Of a DNA stretch of 37,834 bases, positions 1 to 7,824 are shown one piece after another. Under the pieces are notes generated by a model. It did no database searches. It was not told the DNA's origin and was given only the letters and a program-made list of their open reading frames with translations. The stretch lies in contig CAJOOE010000132.1 in assembly GCA_905236145.1 (NCBI GenBank), forward strand, positions 1 to 37,834, read 5' to 3'. Origin of the DNA: an uncultured Selenomonadaceae bacterium (GTDB lineage: Bacteria; Bacillota; Negativicutes; Selenomonadales; Selenomonadaceae). A program made the position numbers and the translations under genes. How positions within the stretch are numbered: position 1 is the first letter of the stretch; each line of letters begins with the position of its first letter.

Positions 1-812
1 ACTCGAACATCGCGAACATCTTTCAAACTCCCGCAAATATATCCGACTTCTCCGGCTTTCAATTCTTCAAGCTCGGTCATTCCCGGCGAAAAAATTCCTA
101 TCTCCGTCGCGTCAAATTCTTTTCCCGTCGCTATAAGTTTCAACTTGTCACCCTTTTTTACTTTGCCTTCGGTAAGTCGAACGTGAGCGACCGCACCTTT
201 GTACGAATCGAAATAAGAATCGAAAATCAAGGCTTGCAAAGGTTTGTTTTCGTCGCCCCGGGGAGGGGGAATTTTATCGACAATCGCCGCCAAAATATTT
301 TCGACACCTTCGCCGGTTTTCGCACTGCATGGAATTGCGTCGCTCGCGTCCAGCCCGACTGCCTCCTCAATTTCGGTCTTTGCCCGGTCAATATCGGCAC
401 TCGGCAAGTCAATTTTGTTTATGACCGGAATAATTTCAAGATTATGCTCCAACGCAAGATAGACGTTTGAAAGAGTTTGAGCCTCAACACCCTGCGTCGC
501 GTCAACCACAAGCAACGCACCTTCGCAGGCGGCAAGACTTCTTGAAACTTCGTAAGTAAAATCGACGTGACCGGGCGTGTCGATTAAATTCAGTTGATAC
601 TCTTCCCCGTCCGCCGCAACATATTTCAATCTTACCGTCTGAGCCTTGATCGTAATTCCCCGCTCGCGTTCAAGTTCCATGTTGTCCAAAAGCTGATCCG
701 ACATTTCGCGTTTTTCGACGGTGCCGGTCATTTCTATAAGTCTGTCGGCAAGCGTCGATTTTCCGTGATCTATGTGTGCTATGATTGAAAAATTTCTTAT
801 CCTGTTGTTCAC
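1..812 (-). CDS. lepA: Elongation factor 4 (LepA), N-terminal part. The gene starts at GTG 812 and runs off the left edge of the window.
   Basis: Absent from the ORF track because it is truncated by the window edge. My minus-strand translation from 812 gives [25 protein letters not shown]...GITIKAQ...IDTPGHVDF...NKIDLPSA, which carries the GTPase G1-G4 motifs and a typical EF4 N-terminus. GGAGGG lies 7 nt upstream of the GTG. Confidence 0.93.
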   Translation of the reverse strand, partial: MNNRIRNFSIIAHIDHGKSTLADRLIEMTGTVEKREMSDQLLDNMELERERGITIKAQTVRLKYVAADGEEYQLNLIDTPGHVDFTYEVSRSLAACEGALLVVDATQGVEAQTLSNVYLALEHNLEIIPVINKIDLPSADIDRAKTEIEEAVGLDASDAIPCSAKTGEGVENILAAIVDKIPPPRGDENKPLQALIFDSYFDSYKGAVAHVRLTEGKVKKGDKLKLIATGKEFDATEIGIFSPGMTELEELKAGEVGYICGSLKDVRDVR

Positions 813-1006
813 AAAAATTCCCTCCGTTCAATTTCGTTTTGAAATATTCGGCGGGATTTTCTTTTATCCTTTGCACCGAAAATTTTTTGTCCGGCTGCAT
901 CGCCGCCGCAGTCGTATTTGAAAAATCCGGTTGCAATTCCGGTACTCCCGGATTAAAATTCATAAACAAAGCTTGTAAACACGATATTTGAGAGAGGCAA
1001 AAAAAT

Positions 1007-1630
1007 ATGTTGAAAATAATGCTTGTACGGCACGGCGAAACTTTTTGGAATTTACAGGGAAAACTTCAGGGAAATTCCGACATTCACCTTGCACCGGACG
1101 GACTTCATCAGGCTCGGCTTTTGGCGGCACATTGTATTTTTGAAACGGCAGACGCGGTTTACTCAAGCAATTTGACGCGGGCAAAGACCACGGCACTTTT
1201 TTTGGCGGACAGATTCGGTGTCAATGTTTCGGAAGTTCCGGAACTCCGGGAGATAAATTTCGGCGATTGGGAAGGTCAATTTATTCGCGAACTTGCGGAA
1301 AAATATCCGGAGGACATGGAGAAATTTTTCAAAGAGCCGGACAATTTGCAAATAAAAAACGCGGAAACTTTCTTTGAGGCTCAAGACAGATGTTTTGCCG
1401 CCTTTCAAAAAATCGTCGCCGCCCACAACACTCCGCATAAAAATCAACACATAATAATCGTTGCTCACGGTGCTGCAAACCGGTTGATTCTGTGCAAAAT
1501 TTTGGATATTCCCGTCCGCAATATGTGGAAGTTTGCCCAATTCAATACTGCGGTAAATGTAATAAGAGCGGACGAAGAAAATTTTACGGTTGAATTGATT
1601 AACGGCACGGCACATTTATACAATCGCTGA
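1007..1630 (+). CDS. Histidine phosphatase family protein (phosphoglycerate mutase / alpha-ribazole phosphatase-like)
   Basis: The N-terminus LVRHGETFWN carries the RHG catalytic motif, and a VAHG motif lies near the C-terminus. A GAGAGAGG RBS precedes the ATG. The substrate cannot be assigned from sequence. Confidence 0.8.
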   Translation: MLKIMLVRHGETFWNLQGKLQGNSDIHLAPDGLHQARLLAAHCIFETADAVYSSNLTRAKTTALFLADRFGVNVSEVPELREINFGDWEGQFIRELAEKYPEDMEKFFKEPDNLQIKNAETFFEAQDRCFAAFQKIVAAHNTPHKNQHIIIVAHGAANRLILCKILDIPVRNMWKFAQFNTAVNVIRADEENFTVELINGTAHLYNR

Positions 1631-1645
1631 CCGGAGGATTTTGCC

Positions 1646-2143
1646 ATGCATAAGGGAACTGACTTTTTGTACGTTGCCTGTTTGATATTTGTTTTAAGCA
1701 TTTTTTACATCTTGTTTTCCGGTCAAAAGATTTATGTGACGGCGGAAATTGACGGCAGGCAAATTCTTCTCGCCGATGTCCGGGCGAAAAAAGGGACTCC
1801 GGTGACAATACAATTTACTCACTCAGTCCAAAAAACTCCGGTTATCGAAGAGTTGGAATCAGACGGAAAGAATCTCGTCCTGCTCCGAACAAAGTACAAA
1901 TCGCAGGGCGTGGGCTTGCCTTTTATGGAGAGTGACGGAAAATTCCGGGAAGAGGACGGATATTTTATAATGGACGATATGAACCGGATTTTTGAAGAAT
2001 TGTCTTTAAGGACGGGAGTCGGGACAAATTTAATCGTCACGGTCGGCGACAGGGAAATAAAGCTGTATAAAATATTTGTGCCGGGAACGAAAATAAACAT
2101 TGTCCCGGCATCGCTTGCATACAAACTAAAATTATGGCGTTAG
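1646..2143 (+). CDS. Small membrane-anchored protein, DUF1850-like
   Basis: It has an N-terminal hydrophobic helix (LYVACLIFVLSIFYILF), then FTHSVQKTPVIEE...GVGLPF, which resembles the DUF1850 family as I recall it. GGAGG lies 8 nt upstream, and the gene starts 15 nt after the previous stop. Confidence 0.5.
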   Translation: MHKGTDFLYVACLIFVLSIFYILFSGQKIYVTAEIDGRQILLADVRAKKGTPVTIQFTHSVQKTPVIEELESDGKNLVLLRTKYKSQGVGLPFMESDGKFREEDGYFIMDDMNRIFEELSLRTGVGTNLIVTVGDREIKLYKIFVPGTKINIVPASLAYKLKLWR

Positions 2144-2188
2144 CGTTTTAGAGTAAAGACTGATTCCCTATTTCCCTATTTCCCCGGT

Positions 2189-3406
2189 TCACCGGTTCGC
2201 CGCCGGAGTTTCGGAAGTCGCGGAGCCGTTTTTCAGTTCGGCAATTTGTTTTTCAAAATTCACAATCCTCATACGGTACAAATGGACGGCACTGTACATA
2301 TAAGCAAAAAATGCGTAATAGTCGCCGCAATATTTTTTGAGTTCCTGCCTGATGAGTCCGTCAAGCTGTGCCGGCGAATATTTTTCGTAAAATCTTTGCG
2401 TCCAAATAAGATGTTGCTGAATAATATAATCTATCGGCAGTTGTCTGAATTGCGGATTTTCGACGAAGAAAGGAATTTTGCTCATAAAATCGTCCATTGC
2501 CTTCGTTCCCTCTATCATCAGCTGATCCAACGCATTTATCGACTCCTCGACCGTGACCTGTTTCCGGGTAATGGAATCCGGATTTTCCCGGTAAATGTAA
2601 ATTATATTCGGCACCCGCAAAATTCGAGGAGCGGAACAGACGACGAAGAAATAGAAAATTATATCCTCCGAAGTTTTGAGCAGGGGAAATTGTATATTTT
2701 TTTCCTGCAAAAGATCGCGACGGAAAAGTTTGTTGTGAACCCAGCCGAAATACCTGCATTGATAGTAAAGTTGAATACGTTCGGCAAGATTGGCGGTTTC
2801 AAGTACCGGCTTGTCACAAAATCCGCCGAGTTCCTTGCTGAAGGTAGTAAATTTTGTGTCGTCGGTCACGTCGATAACTTTATTTTCCGGGAAATAAACC
2901 TGCTCCGTGTGAACCACGTCCGCCTGCCACTGTTCCGCCAAAGTTACAAGTTCTTCAAGTGCGGTTTTCGTGTACATATCGTCACTGTCCAGGAAGGCAA
3001 TATATTTTCCGCGACTCACTCTCATTCCGGTATTTCGCGGCTCGGACGCTCCTCCGGAATTTCTTTCAAGCCGGATAATTCTGATTCGATTGTCTTTTGC
3101 CGCAAGTTCCGAAACAATTTTCATCGTGTCGTCGGTGGAGCAATCGTCAACCAGAATCAATTCAAAATCCGGAAAAGTTTGATTGAGGACACTCATAACG
3201 CATGATTTTATATGCCGTTGCGAATTGTACATCGGAGTTATTACGGAAACTGCCGGAATCGGCGGCAAAGATCCCAGAAACGAAACGCGGCTTTGCGGTA
3301 AATTTTGTGCCGGAGTTTGTGCGGAGGGTTGTGCGGGAGCGGGAGCGGGTGCGGAATTGTTTTTTGCCGTCAATTTCTTTTGAATTTTATTTTTCAATTT
3401 TGCCAT
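2189..3406 (-). CDS. Family 2 glycosyltransferase with an Ala/Pro/Gln-rich N-terminal extension and a C-terminal region of about 200 aa with unknown function
   Basis: VSVITPMYNSQRHIKSCVMSVLNQTFPDFELILVDDCSTDDT...FLDSDD is a canonical GT-A/GT2 core. I prefer the ATG at 3406 (MAKLKNK), which has GGAGAG 7 nt upstream. The ORF-track start at 3421 has no RBS. Confidence 0.85.
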   Translation of the reverse strand: MAKLKNKIQKKLTAKNNSAPAPAPAQPSAQTPAQNLPQSRVSFLGSLPPIPAVSVITPMYNSQRHIKSCVMSVLNQTFPDFELILVDDCSTDDTMKIVSELAAKDNRIRIIRLERNSGGASEPRNTGMRVSRGKYIAFLDSDDMYTKTALEELVTLAEQWQADVVHTEQVYFPENKVIDVTDDTKFTTFSKELGGFCDKPVLETANLAERIQLYYQCRYFGWVHNKLFRRDLLQEKNIQFPLLKTSEDIIFYFFVVCSAPRILRVPNIIYIYRENPDSITRKQVTVEESINALDQLMIEGTKAMDDFMSKIPFFVENPQFRQLPIDYIIQQHLIWTQRFYEKYSPAQLDGLIRQELKKYCGDYYAFFAYMYSAVHLYRMRIVNFEKQIAELKNGSATSETPAANR

Positions 3407-3514
3407 TTTCAGACTCTCCATATTCTTTAAATGTATTTTTGGAAACTATATCACACGGACGGAAAACTTGCAAATCCGAATGAAATTTCTACGCGAAATT
3501 TTACATATTCGGCA

Positions 3515-3540
3515 CGGCGAAGGTTACGCCGCCTTTTTTT
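3515..3540 (+). terminator. Orphan intrinsic-terminator-like hairpin (CGGCG-7 nt loop-CGCCG, then CC and T7) with no upstream plus-strand gene
   Basis: The 5-bp GC stem plus a 7-T run is read directly from the sequence. A second hairpin, CCGAAT...ATTCGG, lies at 3476-3512. The T-run abuts the -35 of the next promoter, so it could instead be an UP-like tract. Confidence 0.3.
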
Positions 3541-3541
3541 G

Positions 3542-3570
3542 TTGACGCAACTTTTTCAAAGTGTTAAACT
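3542..3570 (+). promoter_or_regulatory. Sigma70-type promoter candidate for the yloV-like gene
   Basis: TTGACG (3542-3547), a 17-nt spacer, then TAAACT (3565-3570) with TG at the extended -10 position. It would give a 5' UTR of about 115 nt. Confidence 0.45.
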
Positions 3571-3693
3571 TTCATAAATCGGCAACGGGATTGTAAACTG
3601 CCGTGCAGAAGTTTGAGAAAATTTTTATAAATCGACGGGTGTCGCCGGGTCAAAGATTCTTTGTCCCGCAAAAAATGTTGGGAGGTTTAGATT

Positions 3694-4929
3694 TTGGCTG
3701 AGAACAGAGAAGTAATAACCGGCGGAGATTTTAAACGAATGATTTCCGGAGCGTACAGCGAATTTTTGTTGGAGTATGAAAACATAAACGCATTGGATTT
3801 CGGCAGTTTGCCCGGCACTCATATTTTGAGGACGATGGGGGCGGCGGTTATGCCGCTTGCCGACGCGAAAGATACCGGGATCGGCGGCTTGAGTCGCAGA
3901 GTCTCGACGGCGGCGGTTTTCGGTGCAAGGGGAAATGCCGGCGTTGTTTTGGCTCAAATGTTCAGAGGAATCGATGCGGGATTGACCGGGAAATATGACG
4001 CGACCGGCTCGGAGTTCGGCAAGGCATTTCAGTACGGCATTTTGTATTCTCAAAGAGTCATTCCGGACGACACGGAAACGCCCTTTGTCACTGTGGCAAA
4101 GGCGGTTGCAAAGGGTGCGTATCACGCAGTCAGAGCGGGAAAGCCGATTTCCGAAATTTTGGAGACGGCGATAAAATCCGGAGAGAGTGCTCCGGAAACT
4201 TCCGGACCGGACGCGGGAGCTCATATAATGCTCAGTTTTTTGAAAGGCTGTCTGAAGGGATTGGACGGAAATTTTGTTTCGCCGGCGGTCAGTCTTTCTT
4301 TGGGACTCGGCACTCACAAAAATATGCCGGATCCCCGCAACGACAGAGTTCGCCCTTACTGCGTAAGACTTCGCGTAAAAAATTCAAAGGTGGATATTCC
4401 GGAACTTGAAAAACAAATGCGGGATTTGAGCAGCTTTTCAATCGTTGAAAAAATGAACGGCGGAATTGAAATTCACCTGCATACGGATCATGTCGGGGCG
4501 GCATTGGAGCAGGCAATAAGTTGGGGACCTTTGCGTGATGTCAAAATCACGAATATGAGCGAAGTACACGTCCTGCCGGCGAAAGACGCCTTGTTGAAAG
4601 TTGCGGCGTTGGCTGTCGCGAAAGACAGAGATGAGGCTCAAATTTTGCAGGATGCGGGTGCGTCGGTTTTGGTTTCCGGCAGTAATGAAAATTCGCCGTC
4701 GCTCGCCGAAATTGTCGGAGCGGCTCATTCGGATTTGGCATCGGCTTACGTCTTGGTTACTTCCGGAGCGGATTATTCGTTGCTTTTCAGACAGGCGAAA
4801 AAACTTTTGGGAAATCGCGTCGAATTGGTCTTGGCAAATTCTTTCGACAAGGCGGTTGAGGCATTGAAAAAATTCTCGCCTTCACTGTCCGCACCGGAAA
4901 ACGCTCGAATTATGTCCGAAGTGATTTAA
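3694..4929 (+). CDS. YloV-like DAK2 (DhaL-like) domain protein, degenerate and C-terminally shorter than B. subtilis YloV
   Basis: It is collinear with B. subtilis YloV as I recall it: GARGNAGVVLAQMFRG vs GARGNSGVILSQLFRG, VTVAKAVAKGA vs LTVAKDAAKKA, and IEIHLHTD...VKITNMSEVH vs KVHIHAEE...IKIENMREQH. The start is TTG, with GGAGG 9 nt upstream. Confidence 0.7.
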   Translation: MAENREVITGGDFKRMISGAYSEFLLEYENINALDFGSLPGTHILRTMGAAVMPLADAKDTGIGGLSRRVSTAAVFGARGNAGVVLAQMFRGIDAGLTGKYDATGSEFGKAFQYGILYSQRVIPDDTETPFVTVAKAVAKGAYHAVRAGKPISEILETAIKSGESAPETSGPDAGAHIMLSFLKGCLKGLDGNFVSPAVSLSLGLGTHKNMPDPRNDRVRPYCVRLRVKNSKVDIPELEKQMRDLSSFSIVEKMNGGIEIHLHTDHVGAALEQAISWGPLRDVKITNMSEVHVLPAKDALLKVAALAVAKDRDEAQILQDAGASVLVSGSNENSPSLAEIVGAAHSDLASAYVLVTSGADYSLLFRQAKKLLGNRVELVLANSFDKAVEALKKFSPSLSAPENARIMSEVI

Positions 4930-4952
4930 AATTTTTTTGGGAGGGCGACGCG

Positions 4953-5193
4953 ATGAGTATGTATCGTTACGGTCGGTTTGTAAAGAAAAATGAAGAAACT
5001 GCAGCTGATTTGTATATGTATCGGCGGAGTGGAGCGTGATCCCTTTGAAGCGTTTAAATATCTTTCAAAAGCCGAAGTTGAAACTTACAGGAAAATTTTA
5101 AAAAGAGATCCGTTTGCAAAATCATTGTTGCCGAATATTCAAAAAATATTGAATGAAGCAAGAAAAATTTTGGAAGATGAAATTTCCGATTAA
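4953..5193 (+). pseudogene. Possible Sel1/TPR-like repeat remnant split over two frames (28-aa ORF 4953-5039 and 67-aa ORF 4990-5193)
   Basis: GGGAGGG lies 7 nt before ATG 4953. Frame 1 reads MSMYRYGRFVKKNEETAADLYMY. Frame 2 reads GGVERDPFEAFKYLSKA. Both resemble the Sel1 G-x-GV-x-x-D-x-x-x-A core but are too short for intact repeats. Confidence 0.2.
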
Positions 5194-5219
5194 ACGAATT
5201 TTTTGGCGGGTGATTAAAA

Positions 5220-5804
5220 ATGATCAATGAAAGATTGGAATATTTCAGGGATAATTATGAAATCATAGGAGGAAAAAAATTTATGGCACCTGCACCGTCA
5301 GCCGGACACAATGCAACATTGTTTAATTTTGGAAGAATCATAATGAACTATATGGAAGACAACAACATTGAAGGTAATGTTTTCACGGACAACGTAGACC
5401 TTTATTTGCCGGACGGCAGCGTCTTTCAACCTGATTTAACCGTGATAAAATCGGAAAACTCGGAAATAATTGATTGGATCGGAGCCATTCACGGCGTGCC
5501 GGATATGGTTGCGGAAGTCCTTTCAAAATCGACAAAGCAAAGAGATTTGACCGTAAAAAAAGATACTTATGAGGCTGTCGGAGTAAAGGAATACTGGATA
5601 ATTGACCCTTATATGAGATGTATTGACGTGTATATTTTGAAGGACGGAAAATTTTCTTTTGAAGGAGAATATCAGCATTACACGAGACGGGAATCGGAAC
5701 AATTGAACGAATCGGACAAGGCAAATATCAAGTATGAGGTTCCGGTTTCAATTGTGCCCGGTCTGTCTGTAAATTTAAATCGAATCTTCAGGTGGAGTAT
5801 GTAA
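5220..5804 (+). CDS. Uma2 family (DUF820) putative endonuclease
   Basis: The pattern PDLTVI...PDMVAEVLSKST...D...KKDTYEAVGVKEYWIIDP is the PD-(D/E)xK-like Uma2 signature. Confidence 0.8.
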   Translation: MINERLEYFRDNYEIIGGKKFMAPAPSAGHNATLFNFGRIIMNYMEDNNIEGNVFTDNVDLYLPDGSVFQPDLTVIKSENSEIIDWIGAIHGVPDMVAEVLSKSTKQRDLTVKKDTYEAVGVKEYWIIDPYMRCIDVYILKDGKFSFEGEYQHYTRRESEQLNESDKANIKYEVPVSIVPGLSVNLNRIFRWSM

Positions 5805-5828
5805 TTTGTATGGAGGTTAAAAGCAGAA

Positions 5829-6530
5829 ATGGAAATTGATATTACAAAAATCAAATTTGACGAAAAGGGACTTGTCCCGGCGATAATTCAGGAGGAAAGC
5901 GGTCAAGTTTTGATGCTCGCCTATATGAACGAGGAATCACTCAAAAAAACTCTGGAAACCGGTTACACCTGGTTTTTCAGCCGCAGCCGTCAAACTCTCT
6001 GGCAAAAGGGAGAAACCAGCGGCAACGTTCAAAAAATCAAGGAAATTTATTACGATTGCGACGGCGATACGCTCTTGATAAAAGTTCATCAAACCGGCGT
6101 TGCCTGTCACACCGGCACTTATTCCTGTTTCAGCGGACGCAGGCTCGACGAAAATGACAAATCCCTTGTCGTAGCAAATCAACCGCCGCAGGAAAATTTG
6201 GCTGTCGTTCTCTACGAATTGTATTCCGTGATAAAAGATCGTCAGCGTCACCCGGTCGAAGGTTCTTACACGAATTATCTTTTTAAACACGGTCACGACA
6301 AAATTTTGAAGAAAGTCGGCGAAGAGGCTGTCGAAACGATTATCGCGTCAAAAAATGAAGAAACTTCTCAAATTTTGTATGAAATGGGAGATCTGTGGTA
6401 TCATTGCCTTGTACTTTTGGCTTGGCACGGAATCAAGCCGGAAGATTTATTTGCGGAACTTATGAGTCGTCGCAAGGGCGGTAATTATCATAAATTCACC
6501 GGAAAGACCGGAGAGCGTCCGGCAGATTAA
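5829..6530 (+). CDS. hisIE: Bifunctional phosphoribosyl-AMP cyclohydrolase / phosphoribosyl-ATP pyrophosphatase
   Basis: The HisI part is GLVPAIIQE...[10 protein letters not shown]...[18 protein letters not shown]...[11 protein letters not shown]...ACHTG..SCF. The HisE part is [11 protein letters not shown]...GSYTNYLF...KKVGEEAVE...[13 protein letters not shown]. Confidence 0.93.
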   Translation: MEIDITKIKFDEKGLVPAIIQEESGQVLMLAYMNEESLKKTLETGYTWFFSRSRQTLWQKGETSGNVQKIKEIYYDCDGDTLLIKVHQTGVACHTGTYSCFSGRRLDENDKSLVVANQPPQENLAVVLYELYSVIKDRQRHPVEGSYTNYLFKHGHDKILKKVGEEAVETIIASKNEETSQILYEMGDLWYHCLVLLAWHGIKPEDLFAELMSRRKGGNYHKFTGKTGERPAD

Positions 6531-6595
6531 GTTGCGGATATTTTAAAGCAAAGTCTAAAAAATTTTTTCACTTACACAAAACTGTTGAAACTCCC

Positions 6596-6620
6596 GAAAA
6601 AACTAAATTTTAGTTTTTTC
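6596..6620. terminator. AT-rich perfect palindrome between the convergent hisIE and ecfA2 genes (possible weak bidirectional terminator)
   Basis: GAAAAAACTAAA-T-TTTAGTTTTTTC has 12-nt arms and overlaps the ecfA2 stop codon. The stem is almost purely A/U, so it is thermodynamically weak. Confidence 0.3.
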
Positions 6621-7452
6621 ACAGCCCCTTTTTAAATTTTTTCACCAAACATTCGACAGCCTCGTCAATCGTTATCAAATTTTTTTCGACTTCAAAGCCG
6701 GCGGCTGAAATTTCTTCCATGAGTCCGGTGACGGCAGGCGGCATAAGTCCGGCGGTTTTCAAAATTTCCGGTTGAGTGAAAAGTTCTCGCGGCTTGCCGT
6801 CGAATAAAATTTTTCCACGTGCCAAAACAATTACACGTCCGGCAAGTTTTGCAATGTCCTCCATTGAATGAGAAACCAAAATCACGGTCACGCCGGATTT
6901 ATGCAGAGCTTGAATTTCGGACAGAAGTTTTTCTCTTGCTTTCGGATCCAATCCGGCAGTCGGCTCGTCCAAAATCAAATATTTCGGTTTCAACGCCAAA
7001 ATTCCGGCTATTGCAATCCGCCGCCTTTGACCGCCGGAAAGTTCAAACGGCGACCGGTTTTTCAAATTCAAATCCAAATCGACCGCCTTCATGGATTCGT
7101 CAACTCTTTTTGAAATTTCTTCCTCACTCAATCCGAAATTTCGCGGCCCGAAAGAAATATCTTTTTCAATCGTTTCTTCAAAAAGCTGATGCTCCGGGTA
7201 TTGAAAAACGATTCCTATTTTTTGACGTGCAGATTTTTTCTTGACGTTTTCGCCGTCGATTTTTACGGAGCCTTCGGACAAATCAATCAGTCCGGCAATA
7301 ACTTGAATCAAAGTCGATTTCCCGGAGCCGGTATGTCCGGCGACAGCCAAAAATTCGCCCGCCTCAATTTTGAAATTTATATTTTGCAAAGCCGTCTTTT
7401 CAAACGGAGTTTTTTTCATGTAAGTGTAAGTTACATTTTCAATTTCAATCAT
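6619..7452 (-). CDS. ecfA2: Energy-coupling factor (ECF) transporter ATPase, EcfA2-like
   Basis: It has Walker A GHTGSGKST, VFQYPEHQLFEETI, the signature LSGGQRRR, Walker B LILDEPTAGLD and the H-loop VSHSM. The start is set at ATG 7452 (MIEIENV), with AAAGGAG 7 nt upstream. The ORF-track 363-aa version extends antisense through the tRNA gene and is rejected. Confidence 0.88.
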   Translation of the reverse strand: MIEIENVTYTYMKKTPFEKTALQNINFKIEAGEFLAVAGHTGSGKSTLIQVIAGLIDLSEGSVKIDGENVKKKSARQKIGIVFQYPEHQLFEETIEKDISFGPRNFGLSEEEISKRVDESMKAVDLDLNLKNRSPFELSGGQRRRIAIAGILALKPKYLILDEPTAGLDPKAREKLLSEIQALHKSGVTVILVSHSMEDIAKLAGRVIVLARGKILFDGKPRELFTQPEILKTAGLMPPAVTGLMEEISAAGFEVEKNLITIDEAVECLVKKFKKGL

Positions 7453-7554
7453 TTCCCGATCTCCTTTCAAATCGAATTTTATCATACAAAAATCTTTCAC
7501 GCAAACCGGTGAAAATTTTTCTTCCAAAATTCGCACGACACGAAAAATAAAAAT

Positions 7555-7583
7555 TTGACAAATTAAGAAATTTGATGTATTCT
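7555..7583 (+). promoter_or_regulatory. Sigma70-type promoter candidate for tRNA-Thr
   Basis: TTGACA (7555-7560), a 17-nt spacer, then TATTCT (7578-7583), about 30 nt upstream of the tRNA 5' end. Confidence 0.5.
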
Positions 7584-7614
7584 TACGGAGTTTCAGATGT
7601 TTGGAACATTTGTT

Positions 7615-7690
7615 GCCGGCTTGGCTCAGTTGGTAGAGCAGCTCATTCGTAATGAGCAGGTCGTCAGTTCGAGTCTGACAGTCGGCTCCA
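7615..7690 (+). tRNA. tRNA-Thr, anticodon CGU, with encoded CCA
   Basis: I folded the 76-nt cloverleaf by hand. The acceptor is GCCGGCT/AGTCGGC, the D arm is GCTC-AGTTGGTA-GAGC, and the anticodon arm is GCTCA-TTCGTAA-TGAGC (anticodon CGT). The T arm is GTCAG-TTCGAGT-CTGAC, followed by discriminator T and CCA. Confidence 0.93.
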
Positions 7691-7701
7691 GCGAAATCGA
7701 C

Positions 7702-7729
7702 GCCCCGCAATTTGTTGCGGGGCTTTTAT
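7702..7729 (+). terminator. Intrinsic terminator after tRNA-Thr
   Basis: A 9-bp GC-rich stem, GCCCCGCAA-TTTG-TTGCGGGGC, is followed by TTTTAT. Confidence 0.75.
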
Positions 7730-7824
7730 AGTGCGTTTTTCTCAAAGCAAAAAAAAAGACCAAACCCGCACCGGATCGGATCTTTTACAGACACGCCCCA
7801 AATTTTTTTCCGCTCCAAAAAAAT

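Noticed and set aside
785-991. Small ORFs in intergenic regions. Examples are 785-991, 7712-7951, 8825-9052, 14278-14637, 19175-19369 and 23315-23656.
   Set aside because: None has an RBS, all overlap better-supported genes or promoter/terminator elements, and their translations are low-complexity or Cys/Arg-rich, as expected for non-coding frames.
2163-2186. The tandem repeat CCCTATTT CCCTATTT CCCC between the convergent DUF1850-like and GT2 genes.
   Set aside because: It has only about 2.5 copies of an 8-mer, with no spacers or flanking structure. It is too small to be a CRISPR array, a satellite or a meaningful repeat.
7453-7710. An 86-codon N-terminal extension of the ABC ATPase ORF (the track gives 6619-7710, 363 aa).
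   Set aside because: The extension is the antisense strand of tRNA-Thr and its promoter. A strong RBS precedes the internal ATG at 7452, and from there the protein begins exactly like EcfA2 proteins.
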